From an uncultured Candidatus Saccharibacteria bacterium (lineage in GTDB: Bacteria > Patescibacteriota > Minisyncoccia > UBA6257 > 1-14-0-10-44-23): a stretch of 64,000 nt of DNA. Below are positions 38,665 through 48,534 of the stretch, one piece after another; the first letter of the stretch is position 1, and every line of letters starts with the position of its first letter. A model generated the notes under the pieces. It ran no database searches. It was not told where the DNA came from and worked only from the letters and a program-made list of their open reading frames with translations. Both the position numbers and the translations under genes were made by a program. The DNA lies in assembly GCA_964394435.1 (NCBI GenBank), contig CAYMXN010000002.1:206196-270195 (forward strand), given 5' to 3'.

Positions 38665-39177
38665 TTAATCATTTTTCAGTCCGTGGCGGTCGGCAACTTT
38701 TGAGGCAGCGTATGAGTCGGGTTTGGTTTTGACCGAGAAGTTGTTGGCGCGAATCATGCCGGTGAGTTCTTGGATGATCGCTTTCGTCGCACCGTTTTCA
38801 CCGATGTCGATGTGGATTTCGAAGTCGTATTTTGGTAGTTCGACTGTTTTAGTCGCTTCTAAAAATTGCTGGGTGATGTCGAGCGAGAGTAGTACCTCGT
38901 TGGTGATGCGGTCGCGTAGCGTGTGAAACTTAGTGGTCGGAACGATACGACGCCAGAAGTAGCGGCCGCCGTTGCCGACACGGTGGACGACAATCGCAGT
39001 AACAAAGTCGGCTTTGCGGTCGTGAGTTTGCTCGCTGTCGGTACCAATCATAATCTTGTAGTCGTATTTTTGGTCAGCTTGCATATAGCCTAAAATCTCC
39101 CGTACTACTTGCACGGGAGTCATATTGAGGCCGGTTGAGCTTTGGAAGAGTATTGTTTCTGACTCCATACTCTCCAT
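38665..39177 (-). CDS. RNase H-like YkuK (DUF458) family protein
   Basis: IGTDS, FVTAIVVHRVGNGGRYF, EIHIDIG, KPDSYAASKVADRH. Confidence 0.88.
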   Translation of the reverse strand: MESMESETILFQSSTGLNMTPVQVVREILGYMQADQKYDYKIMIGTDSEQTHDRKADFVTAIVVHRVGNGGRYFWRRIVPTTKFHTLRDRITNEVLLSLDITQQFLEATKTVELPKYDFEIHIDIGENGATKAIIQELTGMIRANNFSVKTKPDSYAASKVADRHGLKND

Positions 39178-39206
39178 ATATACCAGCTTAGAGCGGGGGT
39201 TTCAAA

Positions 39207-40295
39207 TTATTCCTTTTTTAGGAGATACGCGGCGATTGCGGTGCTAATCGGTACCGCGAGAATGAGGGCGATGCTTCCAATGAGCGTTCGAACAATCTCT
39301 TCCACCATAAACTCGCTGCTTAACACCGTCCAAAGTGGGCGCGTGGCGATATTTGCCTTAAGTAGTAAGAGGAGTGATAACGAGCTTCCTGCGTACGCAA
39401 GAAAGAGTGTATTAACTAGTGAGGCGATATGTTCTCGGCCTACTGATAGTCCGCGGCGGTATAGTTCTTTGCGTGAGAGGGCGGGGTTTGCTTTTTGTAG
39501 TTCGTCGACAACTGCAGTTTGGGCGGTAGTGATGTCATCTAAAATACCAAGAGCTCCAATAATAATTCCTCCTAGCAGAAGTCCGCGAAGATCTAGCTTT
39601 CCAAAGGAGTTGATTTGTAAATAAAATGCAGTTTCTGATCCGAGTCCGAAGAGTTGCGTATATCGTATGGCGAGATGGGCGAAGAGTCCGGCAAGAGCGA
39701 GTGTTGTGATTGTACTAATAAGTGCGAGATAGGTACGTTTTTCAAATCCATGCGCGAGCAGTATCGAGACGATGGCGATTAATGCGCTGCTGGTAAGAAT
39801 TGTTGGTAGTGGAGCGGCTCCGGCAATTAAGCGGGGCATTAAGTAGGTGATAAGAATTGTAGCGCTGGCTATTAATCCAATGATTGCTCCGAGGCCTTTG
39901 CGTTTTCCGAGGAGTATGGCGAGTGTGAAAAAAATGCCGACTAAGAGGACGACTTGTGGTAGGCGGTAAAAATCTTCGAACGCGTATTGTTCGCCGTCAT
40001 ACGAGACGATAATTGTTTGTCCTAGTTGGGGTGTTTGTGTTTTGTCTTGCGCCAACCCTCCTTCGAAACGAATAGTTGTTGTTGCATTTTTATTTGGCCC
40101 GGATGTGACTACTGCTTCTATATCTCGGACAAACTGTTGTTGGCCGAGGATTGTTTCCGTTTTTAGTTCGCCAAGTCCACTTACTCGAGCTCGTGAGTAA
40201 GCGATGTTAGTTTGGGCGAGTGTTTGTGCGTGGGCATACGATACTCCAAAGTACCCAAGTATGCCTAAAAGTAGCGCGGCGATATATATACGCAT
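39207..40295 (-). CDS. YibE/F family membrane protein
   Basis: IIIGALGILDDIT, GREHIASLVNTLFLAYAG, EIVRTLIGSIALILAVP. Confidence 0.9.
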   Translation of the reverse strand: MRIYIAALLLGILGYFGVSYAHAQTLAQTNIAYSRARVSGLGELKTETILGQQQFVRDIEAVVTSGPNKNATTTIRFEGGLAQDKTQTPQLGQTIIVSYDGEQYAFEDFYRLPQVVLLVGIFFTLAILLGKRKGLGAIIGLIASATILITYLMPRLIAGAAPLPTILTSSALIAIVSILLAHGFEKRTYLALISTITTLALAGLFAHLAIRYTQLFGLGSETAFYLQINSFGKLDLRGLLLGGIIIGALGILDDITTAQTAVVDELQKANPALSRKELYRRGLSVGREHIASLVNTLFLAYAGSSLSLLLLLKANIATRPLWTVLSSEFMVEEIVRTLIGSIALILAVPISTAIAAYLLKKE

Positions 40296-40319
40296 ATCCT
40301 TACTTTAGCACATGCGTAT

Positions 40320-40520
40320 TAGTGTCCGTGGTTGTTTTTCTGATGAACAAGGTAGCTGACCTGTTCTTGTATAAAGACGGAGAGAAAGCAGAGAACTACT
40401 GTACAAAAACCTAATTGATGTATTACTCGCCCCGCTTGTCGGTTGCGGGGCGGGTAATTAACTATGGAGTGTCGTGATGAAGCGACACGGGGTTTGCGCG
40501 ACCAGGTTGCGCAAGCCTTA
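40320..40520 (-). ncRNA. Candidate structured RNA or long 5' UTR under Fur-family control
   Basis: Five successive hairpins, no ORF, promoter immediately upstream. Confidence 0.4.
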
Positions 40521-40525
40521 TAGAG

Positions 40526-40554
40526 ATATTATGCAACTTAGTTGCGATTGTCAA
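40526..40554 (-). promoter_or_regulatory. Promoter with palindromic operator (Fur/Zur-like box 1)
   Basis: TTGACA-ATCGCAACTAAGTTGCA-TAATAT. Confidence 0.75.
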
Positions 40555-40626
40555 TGCTGTATTTGTGAGCTACTTTTCCCTCATTATTTAAGTTATTGAA
40601 AATTATAAAACCGCACAACGGCGGTT

Positions 40627-41025
40627 TTATTGGCAGTCAGCGCATAGGCCGAAGAACTCAAGTGAGTGACTAAGGACTTTGAATTTTTTGGCGTGTTCTA
40701 TTTTTTTCTCTTCTATTTTAAAGGCGTCGCCTATTTCTACATCTTCAATGCGGTCGCAATTTTTGCAGATAATATGATGATGGTGTTTTGAATTTGATAG
40801 TTCATAACGTTTTTTACCTTCACGAAACTCTATTTCGTTAATACGATTTTGTTCGAGTAGTAGAGCGAGATATCGATATACTGTTGTTTTGTTTGTAGTA
40901 AGTTTTTTTTGTCGAAGCTCTTTGATGATATCTGGAACTGAAATAGGTTTTTTTGCATTCTCTAAGAGATGCATGAGTATGGCTCGCGTATTGGTATTTT
41001 TTAGTGCCGGCTTAGGTTGAGTCAT
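40627..41025 (-). CDS. Fur-family metal regulator (Zur-like)
   Basis: TTVYRYL, HHHHIICKNC, LEFFGLCADC; start placed at ATG 41025. Confidence 0.92.
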   Translation of the reverse strand: MTQPKPALKNTNTRAILMHLLENAKKPISVPDIIKELRQKKLTTNKTTVYRYLALLLEQNRINEIEFREGKKRYELSNSKHHHHIICKNCDRIEDVEIGDAFKIEEKKIEHAKKFKVLSHSLEFFGLCADCQ

Positions 41026-41103
41026 TATCCTTTTTATATATAAATTTCTGCCATTTGTCAAAAATAAAGCGGCTAGGCAATCAGTATTGCCGAGCCGCTA
41101 GGG

Positions 41104-41892
41104 CTAATGCTTGTGTGCGCACTTTGGTGTCGGCGACGCGTGTTGGTGTTCGCCAATTAACTTTGTCGCGGAGGCGATCAGGGCTACCCCGAGGATGAGT
41201 CCGACTACTTGTGCTCCGTGCGCCTTGTGTTGCGCTTTATGCGAAGCAGCTCGTTGACGCAGAAGGGGAATGACGTCGCTTAGCGCAACGTATACAAATC
41301 CTCCTGCTGCTATCGGAAGAACTAGTTCCGCTGCGCTTTCTGCTTTTTCAGCAAAAAAGATCATACATCCTGCGCCGAGTAGCGCCGTGCAGGCAGAGGC
41401 GAGATTGATCGTTAGCGCCTTAGCCCTACTCCATCCACTTGCTCGAAGTGTCGCAAACTCCCCAATTTCCTGCGGTATCTCGTGGGCTGCTACCGCGATG
41501 GTGGTAGCAAGTCCTAGCTTCTGATTGGTGAGGTACACCGCGGCGATGAGTACTCCATCAACAAAGTTATGGATGGAGTCTGCGACGGTAATCATCACCG
41601 CAGTCTCATTTGCGCCCTTGTCTCCTGCGTGGTGGTGCCAGTGAACGATTTTTTCAAGGATCCAGAATCCGATAATGCCCCCGAGAACTTGGTATGGGGC
41701 GTTGGCGTTGTGATAAATCGCTTCGGGAATGAGGTGCAGGATCGCATTGGCGAGCATACAGCCTGCGCCAAGTGCGACCAGCAACTCCTGATGCCAACTG
41801 TTTGCGAACGGCTTTGCGGAGGGGAGTATCGTGAGCACAAACAGTGGAATTGCGCAGATCGTTCCCACGGCCACGAAAATGTCGGAGTACAT
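41104..41892 (-). CDS. ZIP family divalent metal (zinc) transporter
   Basis: HLIPEA, HWHHH, DSIHNFVDG, HEIPQEIG, AGGFVYVALSDVIP; start placed at ATG 41892. Confidence 0.93.
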   Translation of the reverse strand: MYSDIFVAVGTICAIPLFVLTILPSAKPFANSWHQELLVALGAGCMLANAILHLIPEAIYHNANAPYQVLGGIIGFWILEKIVHWHHHAGDKGANETAVMITVADSIHNFVDGVLIAAVYLTNQKLGLATTIAVAAHEIPQEIGEFATLRASGWSRAKALTINLASACTALLGAGCMIFFAEKAESAAELVLPIAAGGFVYVALSDVIPLLRQRAASHKAQHKAHGAQVVGLILGVALIASATKLIGEHQHASPTPKCAHKH

Positions 41893-41933
41893 ACTGTCCT
41901 TCTGTCCTTTCGGCAAGAGTTCGTTCGTAAGAA

Positions 41934-41962
41934 AGTCTATGCAACCTAGTTGCGTTTGTCAA
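41934..41962 (-). promoter_or_regulatory. ZIP promoter with the same operator (box 2)
   Basis: TTGACA-AACGCAACTAGGTTGCA-TAGACT. Confidence 0.75.
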
Positions 41963-42003
41963 ATTGAACAGTTGGCTTTAGGATATAAGCAACTTCCTTA
42001 TAT

Positions 42004-43260
42004 ATGAAGCAGACATCGATTTATCTTGATTATGCGGCGACGACTCCTGTTGATCAGCGGGTTATTGCGGCTATGCAACCTTACTTTTTTGATGAGTTTG
42101 GCAATCCGGGGTCGCTTCATCAATTTGGGCAGCGTGCTTCAGCAGCGGTATTTAAGGCGCGCCAGGAGATCGCCCAGGCTCTTAGTGCTCATTATTCTGA
42201 AATTGTATTTACTGGGAGTGCGACCGAGGCGAATAATTTGGCGCTCGGAGGCGTGATGCGTCGGTATGTGCGTGAGCAGGTGAAGATGAAGGCGAAACAT
42301 CCAATGCCGCGAATTATTATTTCCGCTATTGAGCACGAGAGTGTTTTAAAAACTGCGCAGGATTTAGCGTGCGACCCTTCGGTGGGCTCAGGGCTTAGTG
42401 GTGTTGAGGTAGTAATTATTCCGGTCTCAAAAGATGGAATTGTTGATCTAAAAAAGTTAACAGCGGCCTTGAACGAGCGGACTGCGCTTGTTTCGGTGAT
42501 GCTGGCGAATAATGAGACTGGCGTAATTCAGCCTATCGCCGAGATCAGTAAGCTCGTACGTGAGTTTCGGGGGGAGGGGCGCTGGCCGCTTGTTCATACT
42601 GACGCGGTGCAGGCGTTTCAGTATTTGGATTGTGATGTGAGTAAGCTTGGTGTAGATATGCTCACACTTTCGGCGCATAAGATTTGTGGTCCAAAGGGAG
42701 TTGGCGCGTTATATGTGAAAAATTATCAATTGGGTTCTAGGCGACCACTTAAAGACAGTGATATGTATCCGATTGATCCGTTGATTATGGGTGGCGGTCA
42801 GGAGATGGGATTGCGCAGTGGTACGGAAAACGTTTCGTATATTGTTGGGTTTGCAAAGGCTGTTGAGTTAGCTGTACTTGTTCGCGAAAAAGAGGCGAAG
42901 CGTGTTGCTGAACTACGTAACGTATTGCTTGCTGGATTGCGGAAGATCTATCCAGCGTTGCAGGTTAATGGTTCGTTGAAAGAAAGATTGGCGAATAATA
43001 TTAATATATATATGCCTGCGCACACGGGTGTGCCGGGGGTGAGTGCGGAGGAGTTGTTGGTGCGTTTGGATTTGGCTGGGGTGGCGCTTTCGTCTGGTTC
43101 GGCGTGTGCCGCGCGTAGCCTTGAGGCGTCGCATGTGCTTTTGGCGATGGGCTTTGATGAGGTGCGAGCTAAGAATAGTGTTCGTTTTACGCTTGGCCGG
43201 CAGACGACTAAGCAAGAGGTTGCCCGTGTTCTTAAGTTGATCGCTTCTTTCAAGGGCTAG
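42004..43260 (+). CDS. iscS: Cysteine desulfurase (IscS/NifS family)
   Basis: YLDYAATTP, ATEANN, HTDAVQ, SAHKICGPKG, RSGTEN, SSGSAC. Confidence 0.92.
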   Translation: MKQTSIYLDYAATTPVDQRVIAAMQPYFFDEFGNPGSLHQFGQRASAAVFKARQEIAQALSAHYSEIVFTGSATEANNLALGGVMRRYVREQVKMKAKHPMPRIIISAIEHESVLKTAQDLACDPSVGSGLSGVEVVIIPVSKDGIVDLKKLTAALNERTALVSVMLANNETGVIQPIAEISKLVREFRGEGRWPLVHTDAVQAFQYLDCDVSKLGVDMLTLSAHKICGPKGVGALYVKNYQLGSRRPLKDSDMYPIDPLIMGGGQEMGLRSGTENVSYIVGFAKAVELAVLVREKEAKRVAELRNVLLAGLRKIYPALQVNGSLKERLANNINIYMPAHTGVPGVSAEELLVRLDLAGVALSSGSACAARSLEASHVLLAMGFDEVRAKNSVRFTLGRQTTKQEVARVLKLIASFKG

Positions 43261-43307
43261 TCTGTTTCGTTTATACTTAACAGAGTCGGATTGATAATTT
43301 TTATACT

Positions 43308-44567
43308 ATGAAGTTTCAAAAATACGCTTTTCCTGTTTCATTGCTCGTAATTGGATTTGCGCTTTGGTCAGTGGCCGTTTCTTCGGTCGCGTCCTCCTTT
43401 GGGCAGGCGAATGTGTTTAGTAATTTTTTAGATCGTATTTTTAAGGCGAACCCAGAGCTCCAGTCACTTGTACCGAGCGACTCTTCTATTTCCGCTAATG
43501 CCTACGAGTCTACTAATACGTATGAAGATGCGGTAATTCGCGCAGTTGAGCGTGTTTCTCCATCAGTGGTTGCGATTACGGTTTCGAAAAATGTTCCAGT
43601 GATTGGTAATTGTAAGTCTAATTCACTTGGTACGTTGCCAAGGGGATTTGAAGATTTATTTGGTGGTGGAATCGAGATTACTATTCCTTGCAGTACTGGA
43701 AAGACTCAACGGCAAGAGGTGGGTGGGGGAAGTGGGTTTATCGTTTCGGCCGATGGAATGATTCTTACAAATAAACACGTTGTTTCAGACGCGACCGCTT
43801 CGTATTCAGTTATGACTAATGACGGTAAGAAGTATGAGGCGAAGGTGTTGGCGCGTGATGGTGTTCAAGACTTAGCTGTATTGAAAATCGCCGCCTCTGG
43901 ATTGTCTGTGGCACCACTTGGCAATTCTGACACCGTTCGGTTGGGTCAGACCGCGATTACTATCGGCAATGCGCTTAGCGAGTTTCGTAATACTGTTTCA
44001 GTTGGTGTTGTTTCTGGTCTGGCGCGTAACGTAACAGCTGGGAGTGGTGGGTTTTCGGAAGAGCTCGAGGGCGTTATCCAGACCGATGCGGCGATTAATC
44101 CTGGCAACTCTGGTGGTCCACTCATTAACTTAAAGGGAGAGGTAATTGGCATCAATACGGCGATCGTTTCGGGTGCGCAGAATATCGGGTTCGCATTGCC
44201 GATTAATAACGCGAAGCGTGATATTGACTCGGTGAAGACGACGGGAAAGATTACGATTCCATTTATTGGTGTGAGATATCTTGTTATCACCCCGGAGGTT
44301 GCTGAACGTGAAAAGTTGGCGGTGGAATATGGAGCGCTTGTTCGTGGTAATACTGATGGGCCGGCAACCGTAAAGGGGAGCCCGGCGGATAAGGCGGGTA
44401 TCAAAGCAGAGGATATTATTACTCAAGTAAATGGAGTAAAAATTCTTGAAGAGCGTTCACTTCTTTCACTTATTCAGCGATATAATGTTGGTGATACGGT
44501 TAATTTGACCGTACTGCGCGGAGGTAAAGAGATTGTTGTTCCGGTTTTGCTTGAGGAGCGAAAATAA
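43308..44567 (+). CDS. HtrA/DegP-like serine protease with one PDZ domain
   Basis: GSGFIV, TNKHVV, DLAVLK, QTDAAINPGNSGGPL, SPADKAGI. Confidence 0.95.
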   Translation: MKFQKYAFPVSLLVIGFALWSVAVSSVASSFGQANVFSNFLDRIFKANPELQSLVPSDSSISANAYESTNTYEDAVIRAVERVSPSVVAITVSKNVPVIGNCKSNSLGTLPRGFEDLFGGGIEITIPCSTGKTQRQEVGGGSGFIVSADGMILTNKHVVSDATASYSVMTNDGKKYEAKVLARDGVQDLAVLKIAASGLSVAPLGNSDTVRLGQTAITIGNALSEFRNTVSVGVVSGLARNVTAGSGGFSEELEGVIQTDAAINPGNSGGPLINLKGEVIGINTAIVSGAQNIGFALPINNAKRDIDSVKTTGKITIPFIGVRYLVITPEVAEREKLAVEYGALVRGNTDGPATVKGSPADKAGIKAEDIITQVNGVKILEERSLLSLIQRYNVGDTVNLTVLRGGKEIVVPVLLEERK

Positions 44568-44581
44568 AAAAGACCCACCTA

Positions 44582-45031
44582 TCAGCTTGCGGCTGATGCG
44601 GTGGGTCGGGGGAGTATGCCGATCGCTTCGAGAGCGTAGCGATGCGGCTTAAGGAGATCTTCCATCTCCTCAAGCTGCTTTTGCGAAAAAACGCCGACTT
44701 CTTCTCCTTCGTCACCCCGCTCTTTGAGGCCTTCGAGTGTGGCGACTTCGGCCGTGTAGAGGACGAAGGTGTGCTTTGTCCTCGGCTCGTTGTAGCTGAA
44801 GGTGAGCTGGAAGGGCGGGATGTTGATTCCCGTTTCCTCTAGTAGCTCGCGGGTCGCCGCGACATTGGGTAGCTCGTAGGGCTGGCTCTTGCCGCCCGGG
44901 AGCTTCCACAGGGGACGATTGAACTTCGGGTCGCGTACGAGCACGACCCCTTGAGGCGAGCGTACGAGTACGGCGACCGCGTAGTCGCTATACTGCATCT
45001 CGGCCTCATCTGAGCTGTCCTGCTTGCTCAC
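44582..45031 (-). CDS. NUDIX hydrolase, GC-rich cassette
   Basis: WKLPGG.....E....AATRELLEETG; SD GGAG 45038-45041; promoter TTGACA-17-TATTAT at 45066-45094. Confidence 0.85.
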   Translation of the reverse strand: MSKQDSSDEAEMQYSDYAVAVLVRSPQGVVLVRDPKFNRPLWKLPGGKSQPYELPNVAATRELLEETGINIPPFQLTFSYNEPRTKHTFVLYTAEVATLEGLKERGDEGEEVGVFSQKQLEEMEDLLKPHRYALEAIGILPRPTASAAS

Positions 45032-45137
45032 GATGTACTCCAGATGCGGGTTTTGGAACTTTTCTATAATAACTTAAATATATACTCTTGTCAAGGATTG
45101 ACGAAGCTGGTATACTAGCAATAATTGAATATCTTAT

Positions 45138-47849
45138 ATGGCGATGAACAATAAAAATTTCAATCGGTTTACGATTAAGGCTCAAGAGGCGCTTCAGAAC
45201 GCGCAGGAACTTGCGGCGAGTAATAGCCATGGTGAGTTTCGGGCTATTCATTTGCTTTCTTCGTTAATTCACGACGATCAGTCTTTGGTTCGTCCTATTT
45301 TAGTTAAGGCGGGGGTGAGTGTTGATGCGCTTAGTCGTGAGATTGAGACGATTTTAACAGGCATGCCGAAGATTTTTAGTAATGCGAACGTTGGACAGCT
45401 CTATCTTTCACAGGAGCTTATGACTGTGCTTGATAAGGCGGCTAAGGTTGCACTTTCTCAAAAGGACGAGTTTATTTCTTGCGAGCACTTGTTGATTGCG
45501 ATTTTAGATATTGATTCGTCAGCGCGTGCACTTTTAGAGCGCATGGGGCTTCGTCGGGATGCGGCGTTTAAGATTTTAGCGAGTTTGCGAGGCAGCTCGC
45601 GCGTTACTGATGAGACGCCGGAGAGCAAGTTTCAGGTGCTCGAGAAATATGCGGTGAATTTAACTGCGAAAGCGAAAGAGGGGAAGCTCGACCCGGTTAT
45701 TGGACGTGATGAGGAGTTGCGCCGCGTGATTCAGATTTTGTCGCGTCGAACGAAGAATAACCCAGTACTTATCGGTGAGCCGGGTGTTGGTAAGACCGCG
45801 ATTGTAGAGGGGTTAGCTCAAAAGATTATTTCGGGTGAAGTTCCAGAGACCCTCAAGGGCAAGGAGATTATTATGCTTGATATCGGTTCGTTGATTGCCG
45901 GGACAAAGTTCCGTGGTGAGTTTGAGGATCGTCTCAAGGCGTTTATTAAAGAGATCCAAAATGCAGCCGGGCGCTTGATTTTGTTTATCGATGAGATTCA
46001 TATGATCGTGGGTGCGGGAGCTGCTGAGGGTGCGATTGATGCGTCAAACCTACTTAAGCCGGCGTTGGCGCGCGGAGAGTTGCACGCGATCGGTGCGACA
46101 ACGATTCGTGAGTATCAGCGTCATATTGAAAAAGATCCGGCGCTTGAGCGCCGCTTCCAGCCAGTGATGGTTGAAGAGCCTTCGCTTGAAGATGCGGTTT
46201 CGATTTTGCGTGGGCTAAAAGAGAAGTATGAGATTCACCATGGTCTTCGTATTTCTGATGCGGCTTTGATTGCGGCGGTTAATCTTTCGAGTCGCTATAT
46301 TAGCGATCGCTTTTTGCCGGACAAAGCGGTTGATTTGATTGATGAGGCGGCAGCTGCGGTTAAGCTTGAAACTGAAATTACTCCGACCGAGATTGATAAG
46401 CTTCGCCGTGAAATCACCCGATTAGAGATTGAGAAAAAAGCTTTGTTAGCGGAATCACCAGCTCCGCGGGCTTCACGTACGAGCGCGGACAAGAAGCGTT
46501 CTGCGCCTAAGGCGAAGACGGTGAATGAGAAGCGTATTAAGGAGATTGAGAAGCGCCTGGAAGAGCTTAAGGCTCAAAATGATGAGCTTTCTGGTCAGTG
46601 GCGCGGTGAGATGATGACGGTAGAAAAGTTTCATAACTTGCGTAAGCGCATGGATGATTTGAAAAAGGAGGCGGAGATCGCCGAGCGCGAAGGGGACCTA
46701 GAGCGCGTAGCACAAATTTTGTACGGTGAACTTCCTCAAGCAGAAAAGGAGTATAAGGCGTTTGAGAAGAAGTATTTTGCTGGCGATGCGAAGAAGAAAG
46801 GGGACGACGCTTTCTTGAAGGATTTTGTCGACGAAGAGGATGTTGCGGCCGTAGTTGCTCGTTGGACGGGTATTCCGGTTATGCGCATGCTTGAGAGTGA
46901 GAGCGAGAAAATGTTGCGTATTGAAGAGGAGCTTCATAAGCGTGTCGTCGGTCAAGACGATGCGGTTGTGGCGGTTGCAAACTCAATTCGTCGTTCTCGC
47001 GCCGGGCTTTCGAGTGAAAATCGTCCGATTGGCAGCTTTATGTTTCTTGGTCCGACTGGCGTTGGTAAAACCGAGTTGGCGCGTGCACTCGCTGAATTGA
47101 TGTTCAATGATGAGAAAGCGATCGTGCGTATTGATATGTCGGAGTATATGGAGAAGCATGCGGTGAGCCGTTTGATCGGTAGTCCGCCGGGGTATGTTGG
47201 GTTTGAGGAGGGTGGTCAGCTTACCGAGATTGTCCGCCACCGACCATATAGTTTGATTCTTTTTGATGAGATTGAGAAAGCTCATCCGGAAGTATTTAAC
47301 ATTTTACTCCAGATTTTAGACAATGGACGCCTGACAGATGCGCATGGAAAGGCGGTGAACTTTAAGAACTCGATCATTATTATGACGAGCAACGTAGGGA
47401 GTTCGTACTTTAAGCAGATGAGCCACCTTGGGTTTAGCGGTGAGCATGCGGAAAAGCTGGAGGTAAAAGAGGAGGAGTTTAAAGACCGCGTAAAACTCGC
47501 GCTGCGCGATCACTTTAAGCCGGAGTTTCTTAACCGTATTGATGAGCTTATTGTGTTTAACTCACTCAAGAAGGCTGATATCGAGCAGATCGTTGATATT
47601 CAAGTTGAGCAGATTAAGAAGCGATTAGCTGATAAGAATATTTCAATCTCGATTGATGCGGCGGCGAAGAAGTATATCGTTGATCACGGGTTTGACCCTG
47701 ATTTTGGCGCTCGCCCTATCGCTCGCCTTATCCAAAAGGCTATACTTGATAAGATGGCCGATAAAATGATTCGCGGCCAAATAAAAGATGGCGACAAAGT
47801 TAAAGTCAGTTTTAGCGACACTGAAAAATCAATTACCGTTGCTGCTTAA
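45138..47849 (+). CDS. clpB: AAA+ disaggregase ClpB
   Basis: [18 protein letters not shown]-domain coiled coil ([16 protein letters not shown]), [12 protein letters not shown]. Confidence 0.95.
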   Translation: MAMNNKNFNRFTIKAQEALQNAQELAASNSHGEFRAIHLLSSLIHDDQSLVRPILVKAGVSVDALSREIETILTGMPKIFSNANVGQLYLSQELMTVLDKAAKVALSQKDEFISCEHLLIAILDIDSSARALLERMGLRRDAAFKILASLRGSSRVTDETPESKFQVLEKYAVNLTAKAKEGKLDPVIGRDEELRRVIQILSRRTKNNPVLIGEPGVGKTAIVEGLAQKIISGEVPETLKGKEIIMLDIGSLIAGTKFRGEFEDRLKAFIKEIQNAAGRLILFIDEIHMIVGAGAAEGAIDASNLLKPALARGELHAIGATTIREYQRHIEKDPALERRFQPVMVEEPSLEDAVSILRGLKEKYEIHHGLRISDAALIAAVNLSSRYISDRFLPDKAVDLIDEAAAAVKLETEITPTEIDKLRREITRLEIEKKALLAESPAPRASRTSADKKRSAPKAKTVNEKRIKEIEKRLEELKAQNDELSGQWRGEMMTVEKFHNLRKRMDDLKKEAEIAEREGDLERVAQILYGELPQAEKEYKAFEKKYFAGDAKKKGDDAFLKDFVDEEDVAAVVARWTGIPVMRMLESESEKMLRIEEELHKRVVGQDDAVVAVANSIRRSRAGLSSENRPIGSFMFLGPTGVGKTELARALAELMFNDEKAIVRIDMSEYMEKHAVSRLIGSPPGYVGFEEGGQLTEIVRHRPYSLILFDEIEKAHPEVFNILLQILDNGRLTDAHGKAVNFKNSIIIMTSNVGSSYFKQMSHLGFSGEHAEKLEVKEEEFKDRVKLALRDHFKPEFLNRIDELIVFNSLKKADIEQIVDIQVEQIKKRLADKNISISIDAAAKKYIVDHGFDPDFGARPIARLIQKAILDKMADKMIRGQIKDGDKVKVSFSDTEKSITVAA

Positions 47850-48534
47850 AGCGTTTCTGTTTGGAGCGCTTGTTCGCACGGTATATCTTAATCCTGCGCA
47901 AACTGGTCCGCTGGTAATCTTTTTGGTCGTAGCATTTTTGCTGTACGCCCAGCCGATTTTTCGTACATTTCGCCACCTTGGTTCACTCATTGTTTTGTGT
48001 GCGGTAAGTATCTTCGCTTCAGTTGTGTTCTCGGTTAATATTTCTCCGACGCTTGTGGCGCTGATTTTTGCCGTTTTGTTTTATTTACTTCTTGGTATTA
48101 AAACGATGCGATTAACTCGCCGTACCGAGTGGTATCTGTTGTTCCAGATTACGCTCTTTTATATTCTTTCTGTGCTGTTCTTTGCTTCTGACAAGGGAGA
48201 GTCGTTTGTCTATAAACTTATTGGGATGTTTTTCGTTTCCTGGTTTTTGCTGCGTGATTATTACCGGACTATTGATCGTCCACTTACCTTAGAGGTACGC
48301 ACTGTTTCTCTCGTACTCTCCGTTCTTATCGTGCAGGCGCTTTGGATGATTAGTATTTTGCCTTTTTCGTTTTTTGTTAGCGCGGGACTTATTTTGATGG
48401 TATTTTTTGTTCTGCAGGAGATTTCGCGGTTTTATTTGGCAAAACAACTGACGAGCAAAATGCTTTTCAGCTACGTATTCGCCTTACTCGTTGTATTTGG
48501 TGTTACGTTTGCACTTGTCCAGCTTCACTACTAA
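47788..48534 (+). CDS. Multi-TM hypothetical membrane protein
   Basis: About eight hydrophobic helices; overlaps the clpB 3' end. Confidence 0.7.
   Translation: MATKLKSVLATLKNQLPLLLKAFLFGALVRTVYLNPAQTGPLVIFLVVAFLLYAQPIFRTFRHLGSLIVLCAVSIFASVVFSVNISPTLVALIFAVLFYLLLGIKTMRLTRRTEWYLLFQITLFYILSVLFFASDKGESFVYKLIGMFFVSWFLLRDYYRTIDRPLTLEVRTVSLVLSVLIVQALWMISILPFSFFVSAGLILMVFFVLQEISRFYLAKQLTSKMLFSYVFALLVVFGVTFALVQLHY

Noticed and set aside
45095-45137. CIRCE/HrcA operator upstream of clpB
   Set aside because: Only a partial TAGCA half-site; the second arm is missing.
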